In this document: positions 25,802-38,400 of the stretch, piece by piece | Layout of the letters: each line of letters begins with the position of its first letter | Position numbering within the stretch: position 1 is the stretch's first letter | Assembly: GCF_046119375.1 (NCBI RefSeq) | Contig: NW_027362768.1 | Location: forward strand, 377,022,001-377,086,000 | From: Phyllobates terribilis | Lineage: Eukaryota | DNA: 64,000 bases | Reading direction: 5' to 3' | Notes under the pieces: model-generated | The model's input: only the letters and a program-made list of their open reading frames with translations | What the model was told of the DNA's origin: nothing | Database searches by the model: none | Position numbers and translations under genes: made by a program

Positions 25802-28800
25802 ATGGTGCGTGTCATCCCCGGGCTGTCCACCTCGGGGGCCGCAGGAGCGGAGGAATAGGCCGGGGCTCCCGGAGCGATAGGGCCACAGCTGAGGCAGGGA
25901 GGGCCGGGGACACTATACGGATGTAGCGGAGCTAAGATTTCGTTTTACATAGAACTGCGAGCAAGATGACATATGGCTGCTGGCAGGGTTATATGTTTAC
26001 ATAGGACTGCAGACGAGGGGCCATATTTACATATGACTACATTCTTGCATAGGCCTGCAAGAAAGGTGATATATACATAGGATTGAGGGCAGCATATGAA
26101 ATTTACATAGGACTGCGGTGGGGCTGCCGGAGATACGTCGTTCTTACATGGGGCTGCTGGCGATACGTCATTCTTACACGGGGCTGCCGGCGATACGTCA
26201 TTCTTACACGGGGCTGCCGGCGATGCGTCATTCTTACACGGGGCTGCCGGCGATGCGTCATTCTTACACGGGGCTGCCGGCGATGCGTCATTCTTACACG
26301 GGGCTGCCGGCGATGCGTCATTCTTACACGGGGCTGCCGGCGATGCGTCATTCTTACACGGGGCTGCCGGCGATGCGTCATTCTTACACGGGGCTGCCGG
26401 CGATGCGTCGTTCTTACACGGGGCTGCCGGCGATGCGTCGTTCTTACACGGGGCTGCCGGCGATACGTAGTTCTTACACGGGGCTGCCGGCGATACGTAG
26501 TTCTTACACGGGGCTGCCGGCGATACGTAGTTCTTACACGGGGCTGCCGGCGATACGTCGTTCTTACACGGGGCTGCCGGCGATGCGTCGTTCTTACACG
26601 GGGCTGCGGATGCAGCTGCTCTTAGTGCTTGTGGTAGTAGGTGCGGGGCTGGTCCCTGATGGTACGGGTGCGTGCGGTCATGGACGGTCCGTTGTCACCG
26701 AACATGTCATCTGACCTCCAACCTTTCTTTTTCTCAGGTTTCCGTAATCAACACTGTGGACACCTCCCACGAGGATATGATTGTGAGTGGACCATCCGGC
26801 TTCTTATCTGTCATTTACTTTTCTGTAGAGATTTCATCTGGTGCTGTGTACAGGAAACGAGCAGAGCAAACACCGCAATGTAATGTGAGGAGCCCAGTGC
26901 TGCTAATGGCTGCTGTGCACACACTGTTATTGCTCTTATGTGTCCCCCTTTGTTCTGCTGGGGGTTTTCTCTGGTCAGAATGAGTCTCCTTCCCCCTCTG
27001 GCAGCTGACAATGTAGCCGTTTCTTACCTACCCTGTAGAAGCAGGCTTCTCAACTGTGCTGCCGAGACTTTTACTTCCCTGACAATTAGGCAGAAAGCTG
27101 TTCCTACTGGCTGCTTGCAGTGAGCGGAGGGTCACTATGCAGAGACCTGCAGAGAACGACTGAGCATGTGCAACCATTAGGTGGATGTGTTCAGTGCTGC
27201 CCCCTGGTGTTCATAGTGCATAACATGCTGTGTTGTAGCCTCTGGTGGTCTACCTGCGGCTCTCACCCGGCCGTCAGTATTGCCGCTGTTCTCCTTACAA
27301 GCCGCTCTTGAGTCTCTTATATTCTGGTCGTTCTTTGTGTATTTGGACGATTTACGTTCCGCTCTTGTCTTTTCAGCACGACGCTCAGATGGATTATTAC
27401 GGCACCCGTCTGGCCACCTGCTCCTCCGACAGATCCGTGAAGATCTTTGATGTAAAGAATGGCGGTCAGATCCTGATTGCTGATCTGCGGGGGTGAGCGA
27501 GGCCGACCTTTACATAACCCAGAACCTGCGCTCTCACAGTCATGAGGCCAAAGTGTGACGGGAAACCAACAATCCTACAGCAGGCCCTGGAAAAGAAACG
27601 ACCCAGGTTCTCAGGATTGGCGTCCGTTTCAGTGGTCGGACCCCCATGTATTCCGGGGGAATGTGCCATCAGTCTGTCACAGTAACACCCTAGTTATACC
27701 CCCCCTCCCAATGTGCACAGTCGCTGAATGTTGTACGGCCGGGATCGATCATCTTCTCTGATCTCGGTCGTTTAACTTCTTAAATGATGCTGTCAATAGC
27801 AATTGGAGCATCTAGGTGGTTTGACAGAAGGAGGGGGGGTACCTGACCTAAAAGGGTTCGCCATGACCAGTCGTACACAGATACCACACATTTATAGATG
27901 TGATCAGAGCGAGACTGAAAACATTATTTAATATATTCACTTCCAAAAGTTTACCTTTTTTTTTGTTAAACTTAAAAGTTAGCAAAATTCTCTTTGAGGT
28001 ATATAGGACGCTGTTTGTTTTTTCCCTTTTCATTCACATTTGAGACCTTCTTTCATCCCTCCATAACTTTTGGTTTTGCGTTGCAGCCACGAGGGGCCGG
28101 TCTGGCAGGTGGCCTGGGCTCATCCTATGTACGGAAACATCCTGGCGTCCTGCTCCTATGATCGCAAGGTTATTATATGGAAAGAAGAGAATGGGACCTG
28201 GGACAAGACGTACGAATACACCGGCCACGACTCTTCAGGTGATTACGCCTGGCGGTATGATGGGGGTAGTAGTGCAGCGGTTGGGATGGTCTGCGCTTGT
28301 TGCCTCCCTTCCCCCCATGAAGTGTTCTGATATAGGACCACATTTGCAGCTTGTAATTCTGTTCTGTGTCCGGTTCAGTGAATTCTGTGTGCTGGGCCCC
28401 TCATGACTTTGGGCTGATGTTGGCCTGTGGCAGTTCAGATGGCGCAATTTCCCTCCTCACCTACACGGGTGATGGCCCCTGGGACGTCAAAAAAATCAGC
28501 AACGCTCACACGGTACGTACCGGTAAATAAACGGATTTACTATATAAACCCAGTAGGGTTGTCTCTTTAAGACAAGATTTTTCCATGATAGATACTGTTG
28601 TGCCGCGGTCTCAGTGTAGACGTTTCTGTCACATTTAGATCGGGTGTAACGCGGTCAGCTGGGCTCCGTCTGTCGTCCCGGGCAGTTTAGTGGATCAGCC
28701 GTCTGGACAGAGGCCGAACTACATCAAGAGATTTGTCTCCGGGGGATGCGACAACCTGGTAAAAATCTGGAGGTAAGTGACAACTTGGGTAGTCACATGC

Positions 28801-30265
28801 CGCATGCAGGCGTCATATTGGTAATACAAGGAATTTACATGTCATGTTTTATCGCAAGTTTCAGTGGTTTTACCTGTTACTCGTATAAGTGAACTCAATC
28901 CGCCTATTACTTCTGCTCAAAGGGGGTTGCAGGTAAATCACTGGATATGATACCGGTCCCCCATAGCACTGGGATAGCTTTGCCCTTTTACATGAGGTGC
29001 AGTCCTTTGGTCCCAGCATGTGCTTTGCCTGTGCGTGCTGCGACCTCCGCTCTCAGTATTGATGAAGTTGGAGCAGATAGACGGTCACCCACAGTCCGTG
29101 CCGCTAGTATCTGGGGAGTGCAGCGTCCATCTGGATGAATTATCTGTAGGGCAGAGACAACTCGCGTCCAGGATCTAATACGTAAGAATCAGATCCTTAG
29201 GCCGTGTCTACACCTGGTGTTTGCAGTCCGCAAAAAAGTAGCATAGTGGATGACAAGTTTCATCCAGACACCTTGAGAAATTAAATCCATGTCGCAGATT
29301 TTCCCAGTTGACATCAGTAGGGATGTCGGACTCCACAACAAGCCCCCGTTGTTGCAGAATTGCTGCTGTACATTGGGTAAACTATAAATGTGCTATTCTC
29401 GCCTCCCCTGGTGTCTTCCGGGTTCCTTGCTGGTCTCTGTATAGCACGACCACTTGCAGTAATGTCTTCTCCGGTGTCATTGCAGCACCGGTCACATGGG
29501 TGACATTGGCAGAAGGAAGCGTCAGGAGAGGGGGGAGAGTAGCGTTTTGGGTTTTTATATACATTTTATGTTAGCCCCAATCTGCAGCGACAAATCCCGA
29601 CTACTTTTGGTGCAGATTCTTGAGGCCATTTTTGCAGCGTGTGAATGTAGCCGTTATAAGACACCATTATATAGAGGTGATAACACGGCCGCTGTAACGG
29701 AGCTTATCCTTGTGTCCGCAGGGAGGAGGACGGGCAATGGAAGGAGGATCAGAAGCTGGAGGCACACAGTGACTGGGTGCGGGACGTGGCCTGGGCCCCG
29801 TCTATCGGGCTCCCTACCAGCACCATTGCCAGCTGCTCTCAGGTAACGCCCGGTTGGGGCGGCTCATGGTGTGATGGTGGAGGGGTGCGCCTGCCGTGTC
29901 CTGAGTCTCTCGTCGTCTTTTTGCAGGATGGCAGAGTTTACATTTGGACTTGTGACGACCCGACCAGTAACAGCTGGACCCCGAAACTGCTGCACAAATT
30001 TAACGATGTCGTCTGGCACGTGAGCTGGTCCATCACCGCCAACATCCTGGCCGTGTCTGGGGGCGACAACAAGGTATGGTGCACGGCGGAAGAGCCACGA
30101 GGGTCAGTGCATGAAATTCTTCTCTATTAACCCCTTCTCTCCTCCTGTTTCTAGGTGACTTTGTGGAAGGAGTCGGTGGACGGTCAGTGGGCGCTGATCA
30201 GCGATGTAAACAAGGGCCAGGGGGCCGTGTCTGCTGTGACAGACGGACACCAGAACGAGCAGTGA
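25802..30265 (+). CDS. SEC13: SEC13 (COPII coat / nucleoporin WD40 protein), 320 aa; coding exons 25802-25804 (ATG only), 26738-26782, 27377-27492, 28087-28238, 28379-28512, 28639-28772, 29722-29842, 29927-30073, 30155-30265
   Basis: Spliced translation M|[15 protein letters not shown]|[26 protein letters not shown]...[28 protein letters not shown]...[12 protein letters not shown]...QNEQ*; 963 nt, all GT-AG. AATAAA at 30313-30318. Confidence 0.96.
26130..26605. repeat. 30-bp CpG-rich tandem repeat (GGGCTGCCGGCGATGCGTCATTCTTACACG), ~16 copies, SEC13 intron 1
   Basis: Unit read directly. Explains ORFs 26083..26625, 26118..26714 and 26103..26381. Confidence 0.95.
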
Positions 30266-30924
30266 CCCTTCCGTGCATCCGGACCATGAATTCAGACTTC
30301 CTGCTCTATCAGAATAAATCTCAGAAGGACAAAGCTCTTATTAACTCTTTCACGGCCAAAATGAAACTACAGATTTCCCCCCTTCTCCTAAGATCTGATT
30401 TTGTGGCATTTTTGTCTTATTTTCCTATAGTTTTTTTTTGGTTACTCCTCAAGCGAAAAGTTCTTTTAAGTGGAATATTTGACATATTGATTTTCAGCAT
30501 CCGGTGGCTGCTGTATTGTATCGGAGCCCAGGGCCTGTGTCCATGTGTTGTGCAGCTTTAAAGCTTTTTTTTTTTTCGGGCTGCAAAATGCTGGGTACAG
30601 GCTGCTGCAGAAAGTGGCGCATCAAAAGTCCGGGCGCCCTAAATCCTACTGATTTGATCATTCTATTTATGGCCCCTGGGTCCGGTAAATAATGGCAGGC
30701 GGCTGCTGCTCGAGGGATTTTTCTCAATTTTTCCTTTTACGATTCACAAGCGATACTCAGACATAATCTGTGCGATCGATGAAAGTCATGGACCCGTTCT
30801 CTGACTCCTGCGCTGCGGTGAACTCCTCTATAACGTTATATGTACAAACGTCTGTAAATAATTCCCATACGAGCGGTGAGAGCGGTGCTATTAGTGCAGC
30901 TTGTGAATGATAAGAGGCAATTAA

Positions 30925-31216
30925 AGGGATTGTCCACCTTTTTTTTTCTTTATTATACCGTGATCCTAAGTGCTCTAACACAATTAAAAGCACCTACTGG
31001 TCCTGTGCCGCTGCCACTCGCCTTTCCTTGTTTTCTGGAGTGTTTGGGACCTGAGCAGCTGCTCGCTCACCGCTGCAGCTGCTCATGTTTGTAGAAGGAG
31101 GAGAGATGGGGGGGGGGCTGGTCAGCAAGTTTGTGATTTAATTTTTTAGGGTGTACTTGGGCTCTTTGGTTAATAAAAACCCCAAACAAACATTATAAAC
31201 AGGGTAGACAACCCCT
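30925..31216. mobile_element. T2/Kolobok-type MITE with TTAA target-site duplication
   Basis: TTAA|AGGGATTGTCCACC (30921-) and GGGTAGACAACCCCT|TTAA (-31220): inverted termini flanked by TTAA on both sides. Confidence 0.8.
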
Positions 31217-32404
31217 TTAATAAAATATCCCAAAAGTCACATCCTTTATACTGGAGACTCCCCAATGTTCCCACAATCGTTTCCTTTTATAAAACTGAAA
31301 TTTTGCTCTTTATTTGTAAACATTTTGTTTAATTCTTGGAATAAAATATTGAATTATTTCATTTTTCTGCTGCTTCGGATTTGCAGAATCTGTAGAATAA
31401 CTTTTGTGTTTTCTCAAGGAACAAACAATAATTTCTATGGCTGCGCTGTGATCTGAGGATCTATAGACATCCTGTGGCTGCCGGCGTCTCAAACTTCCTC
31501 TGCTCTGTGACATGTACAAGTCTGTGTGGGGCGGATAGGAAGTCTGTGGTATAGCAGGTAGCAATAAATGATGGTCACCTCCTGATACTTTGACAACTTG
31601 GTCTCCCTACTGCAAAGCTTCGGCCACTGAGTGTCTCCTATCTATCCGCTGCCTGTTGTCAAGTGTCATCCATCTTTACCATCCGATATGCCGAGATGAG
31701 TCACAGGTAGTGGGGGACAGGTCTTTCCCTCTACAGGGGCAGTGGGGTGGTTTTCATCTTTGCAGGAAATAGGTAGGGTCTTTCTGCAGGAAGTGAGCGC
31801 TCCTGTCACACTATAGAGGCAGCTTTCCAGTAAGGCAGACCGGCCATTGGACAATGCTAGAAGCAGTGTGTGAGACAGGTAGTTCCTGCTCATATAGTTC
31901 TGGCAGAATGCTAATGAAAAGGAATCACCCACTGAAAAAGAGTGGATGGCAAGATGCAGAATCAGGAAGTTGAGAGAGTTATCTGCACCAAAGGCATCGT
32001 TGTCTATGGGAGAATGGGGACAGGAACATCATATTTTCTACAGATTGTGTGCGGAAGGACAGGAGCACTATAAGAAAAAATATTGAGGGATGATGCTGGA
32101 ACAGTACAGGAGAGGAATATCTGCCCCCTGATCACTGCAGGTGGGGGGATATCTGTGAATGTGCTTTAGACTTTAGATGAAGGCAGAAGATGATTCTTCC
32201 ACGAACGATCTTCACTACTGAGCACAAAGCGGCAGGAAAGGAGATAAAAGCAGCGAGACTGAGACACAGCACAGAGTCCTTGTATGAACAGAGACTAAAC
32301 CATAGACACAGCTCTGTCCTGATGGTGAACTAAACCGCAGCCAAAGAGCGGGATCTGGGGCAAACAAATATCAGGTGCACATCCTCTATAGCTACTATTA
32401 AGAC

Positions 32405-35400
32405 TTATCTTGAGTTACATCCTGTATTATACTCCAGAGCTGCACTCACTATTCTGCTGATGCAGTCACTGTGTACATACATTACATTACTGATCCTGAG
32501 TTACATCCTGTATTATACTCCAGAGCTGCACTCACTATTCTGCTGGTGCAGTCACTGTGTACATACATTACATTACTGATCCTGAGTTACATCCTGTATT
32601 ATACTCCAGAGCTGCACTCACTATTCTGCTAGCGCAGTCACTGTGTACATACATTACATTACTGATCCTGAGTTACCTCCTGTATTATACTCCAGAGCTG
32701 CACTCACTATTCTGCTGGTGCAGTCACTGTGTATATACATTACATTACTGATCCTGAGTTACATCCTGTATTATCCTCCAGAGCTGCACTCACTATTCTG
32801 CTGGTGCAGTCACTGTGTATATACATTACATTACTGATCCTGAGTTACATCCTGTATTATCCTCCAGAGCTGCACTCACTATTCTGCTGGTGGAGTCACT
32901 GTGTACATACATTACATTACTGATCCTGAGTTACATCCTGTATTATACCCCAGAGCTGCACTCACTATTCTGCTGGTGCAGTCACCGTGTACATACATTA
33001 CTGATCCTGAGTTACATCCTGTATTATACTCTAGAGCTGCACTCACTATTCTGCTGGTGCAGTCACTGTGTATATACATTACATTACTGATCCTGAGTTA
33101 CCTCCTGTATTATACTCCAGAGCTGCACTCACTATTCTGCTGGTGCAGTCACTGTGTACATACATTACATTACTGATCCTGAGTTACCTCCTGTATTATA
33201 CTCCAGAGCTGCACTCACTATTCTGCTGGTGCAGTCACTGTGTATATACATTACATTACTGATCCTGAGTTACATCCTGTATTATCCTCCAGAGCTGCAC
33301 TCACTATTCTGCTGGTGGAGTCACTGTGTACATACATTACATTACTGATCCTGAGTTACATCCTGTATTATACCCCAGAGCTGCACTCACTATTCTGCTG
33401 GTGCAGTCACTGTGTACATACATTACATTACTGATCCTGAGTTACATCCTGTATTATACTCCAGAGCTGCACTCACTATTCTGCTGGTGCAGTCACTGTG
33501 TACATACATTACATTACTGATCCTGAGTTACCTCCTGTATTATACTCCAGAGCTGCACTCACTATTCTGCTGGTGCAGTCACTGTGTACATACATTACAT
33601 TACTGATCCTGAGTTACATCCTGTATTATTCTCCAGAGCTGCACTCACTATTCTGCTGGTGCAGTCACTGTGTACATACATTACATTACTGATCCTGAGT
33701 TGCATCCTGCAGTATCCTCCAGAGCTGCACTCACTATTCTGCTGGTGGAGTCACTGTGTACATACATTACATTACTGATCCTGAGTTACATCCTGTATTA
33801 TACCCCAGAGCTGCACTCACTATTCTGCTGGTGCAGTCACCGTGTACATACATTACATTACTGATCCTGAGTTACATCCTGTATTATACTCTAGAGCTGC
33901 ACTCACTATTCTGCTGGTGCAGTCACTGTGTACATACATTACATTACTGATCCTGAGTTACCTCCTGTATTATACTCCAGAGCTGCACTCACTATTCTGC
34001 TGATGCAGTCACTGTGTATATACATTACATTACTGATCCTGAGTTACATCCTGTATTATACTCCAGAGCTGCACTCACTATTCTGCTGGTGGAGTCACTG
34101 TGTACATACATTACATTACTGATCCTGAGTTACATCCTGTATTATACTCCAGAGCTGCACTCACTATTCTGCTGGTGGAGTCACTGTGTACATACATTAC
34201 ATTACTGATCCTGAGTTACATCCTGTATTATACTCCAGAGCTGCGCTCACTATTCTGCTGGTGCAGTCACTGTGTACATACATTACATTACTGATCCTGA
34301 GTTACCTCCTGTATTATACTCCAGAGCTGCACTCACTATTCTGCTGGTGCAGTCACTGTGTATATACATTACATTACTGATCCTAAGTTACATCCTGTAT
34401 TATCCTCCAGAGCTGCACTCACTATTCTGCTGGTGCAGTCACTGTGTACATACATTACATTACTGATCCTGAGTTGCATCCTGCAGTATCCTCCAGAGCT
34501 GCACTCACTATTCTGCTGGTGGAGTCACTGTGTACATACATTACATTACTGATCCTGAGTTACATCCTGTATTATACCCCAGAGCTGCACTCACTATTCT
34601 GCTGGTGCAGTCACCGTGTACATACATTACATTACTGATCCTGAGTTACATCCTGTATTATACTCTAGAGCTGCACTCACTATTCTGCTGGTGCAGTCAC
34701 TGTGTACATACATTACATTACTGATCCTGAGTTACATCCTGTATTATCCTCCAGAGCTGCACTCACTATTCTGCTGGTGGAGTCACTGTGTACATACATT
34801 ACATTATTGATCCTGAGTTACATCCTGTATTATACCCCAGAGCTGCACTCACTATTCTGCTGGTGCAGTCACTGTGTACATACATTACATTACTGATCCT
34901 GAGTTACATCCTGTATTATACTCCAGAGCTGCACTCACTATTCTGCTGGTGCAGTCACTGTGCACATACATTACATTACTGATCCTGAGTTACATCCTGT
35001 ATTATACTCCAGAGCTGCACTCACTATTCTGCTGGTGCAGTCACTGTGTACATACATTACATTACTGATCCTGAGTTACATCCTGTATTATACTCTAGAG
35101 CTGCACTCACTATTCTGCTGGTGCAGTCACTGTGTACATACATTACATTACATTACTGATCCTGAGTTACATCCTGTATTATACTCCAGAGCTGCACTCA
35201 CTATTCTCCTGGTGCAGTCACTGTGTATATACATTACATTACTGATCCTGAGTTACATCCTGTATTATCCTCCAGAGCTGCACTCACTATTCTGCTGGTG
35301 CAGTCACAGTGTACATACATTACATTACTGATCCTGAGTTACATCCTGTATTATACTCCAGAGCTGCACTCACTATTCTGCTGGTGCAGTCACTGTGTAC

Positions 35401-38400
35401 ATACATTACATTACTGATCCTGAGTTACATCCTGTATTATACCCCAGAGCTGCACTCACTATTCTGCTGGTGCAGTCACCGTGTACATACATTACATTAC
35501 TGATCCTGAGTTACATCCTGTATTATACTCTAGAGCTACACTCACTATTCTGCTGGTGCAGTCACTGTGTACATACATTACATTACTGATCCTGAGTTAC
35601 CTCCTGTATTATACTCCAGAGCTGCACTCACTATTCTGCTGGTGCAGTCACTGTGTATATACATTACATTACTGATCCTGAGTTACATCCTGTATTATCC
35701 TCCAGAGCTGCACTCACTATTCTGCTGGTGGAGTCACTGTGTACATACATTACATTACTGATCCTGAGTTACATCCTGTATTATACCCCAGAGCTGCACT
35801 CACTATTCTGCTGGTGCAGTCACTGTGCACATACATTACATTACTGATCCTGAGTTACATCCTGTATTATACTCCGGAGCTGCACTCACTATTCTGCTGG
35901 TGCAGTCACTGTGTACATACATTACATTACTGATCCTGAGTTACATCCTGTATTATACTCCAGAGCTGCACTCACTATTCTGCTGGTGCAGTCACTGTGT
36001 ATATACATTACATTACTGATCCTGAGTTACATCCTGTATTATCCTCCAGAGCTGCACTCACTATTCTGCTGGTGCAGTCACTGTGTACATACATTACATT
36101 ACTGATCCTGAGTTGCATCCTGCAGTATCCTCCAGAGCTGCACTCACTATTCTGCTGGTGGAGTCACTGTGTACATACATTACATTACTGATCCTGAGTT
36201 ACATCCTGTATTATACTCCAGAGCTGCACTCACTATTCTGCTGGTGCAGTCACTGTGTATATACATTACATTACTGATCCTGAGTTACATCCTGTATTAT
36301 CCTCCAGAGCTGCACTCACTATTCTGCTGGTGCAGTCACTGTGTACATACATTACATTACTGATCCTGAGTTGCATCCTGCAGTATCCTCCAGAGCTGCA
36401 CTCACTATTCTGCTGGTGGAGTCACTGTGTACATACATTACATTACTGATCCTGAGTTACATCCTGTATAATACCCCTGATCTGCACTCACTATTCTGCT
36501 GGTGCAGTCACCGTGTACATACATTACATTACTGATCCTGAGTTACATCCTGTATTATACTCTAGAGCTGCACTCACTATTCTGCTGGTGCAGTCACTGT
36601 GTACATACATTACATTACTGATCCTGAGTTACCTCCTGTATTATACTCCAGAGCTGCACTCACTATGCTGCTGGTGCAGTCACTGTGTATATACATTACA
36701 TTACTGATCCTGAGTTACATCCTGTATTATCCTCCAGAGCTGCACTCACTATTCTGCTGGTGGAGTCACTGTGTACATACATTACATTACTGATCCTGAG
36801 TTACATCCTGTATTATACTCCAGAGCTGCGCTCACTATTCTGCTGGTGCAGTCACTGTGTACATACATTACATTACTGATCCTGAGTTACCTCCTGTATT
36901 ATACTCCAGAGCTGCACTCACTATTCTGCTGGTGCAGTCACTGTGTATATACATTACATTACTGATCCTAAGTTACATCCTGTATTATCCTCCAGAGCTG
37001 CACTCACTATTCTGCTGGTGCAGTCACTGTGTACATACATTACATTACTGATCCTGAGTTGCATCCTGCAGTATCCTCCAGAGCTGCACTCACTATTCTG
37101 CTGGTGGAGTCACTGTGTACATACATTACATTACTGATCCTGAGTTACATCCTGTATTATACCCCAGAGCTGCACTCACTATTCTGCTGGTGCAGTCACC
37201 GTGTACATACATTACATTACTGATCCTGAGTTACATCCTGTATTATACTCTAGAGCTGCACTCACTATTCTGCTGGTGCAGTCACTGTGTACATACATTA
37301 CATTACATTACTGATCCTGAGTTACATCCTGTATTATCCTCCAGAGCTGCACTCACTATTCTGCTGGTGCAGTCACTGTGTACATACATTACATTACTGA
37401 TCCTGAGTTACCTCCTGTATTATACTCCAGAGCTGCACTCACTATTCTGCTGGTGCAGTCACTGTGTATATACATTACATTACTGATCCTGAGTTACATC
37501 CTGTATTATCCTCCAGAGCTGCACTCACTATTCTGCTGGTGCAGTCACTGTGTACATACATTACATTACTGATCCTGAGTTACATCCTGTATTATACTCT
37601 AGAGCTGCACTCACTATTCTGCTGGTGCAGTCACTGTGTACATACATTACATTACATTACTGATCCTGAGTTACATCCTGTATTATACTCCAGAGCTGCA
37701 CTCACTATTCTCCTGGTGCAGTCACTGTGTATATACATTACATTACTGATCCTGAGTTACATCCTGTATTATCCTCCAGAGCTGCACTCACTATTCTGCT
37801 GGTGCAGTCACAGTGTACATACATTACATTACTGATCCTGAGTTACATCCTGTATTATACTCCAGAGCTGCACTCACTATTCTGCTGGTGCAGTCACTGT
37901 GTACATACATTACATTACTGATCCTGAGTTACATCCTGTATTATACTCCAGAGCTGCACTCACTATTCTGCTGGTACAGTCACTGTGTACATACATTACA
38001 TTACTGATCCTGAGTTACATCCTGTATTATACTCCAGAGCTGCACTCACTATTCTGCTGGTGCAGTCACTGTGTACATACATTACATTACTGATCCTGAG
38101 TTACCTCCTGTATTATACTCCAGAGCTGCACTCACTATTCTGCTGGTGCAGTCACTGTGCACATACATTACATTACTGATCCTGAGTTACATCCTGTATT
38201 ATCCTCCAGAGCTGCACTCACTATTCTGCTGGTGCAGTCACTGTGTACATACATTACATTACTGATCCTGAATTGCATCCTGCAGTATCCTCCAGAGCTG
38301 CACTCACTATTCTGCTGGTGGAGTCACTGTGTATATACATTACATTACTGATCCTGAGTTACCTCCTGTATTATACTCCAGAGCTGCACTCACTATTCTG

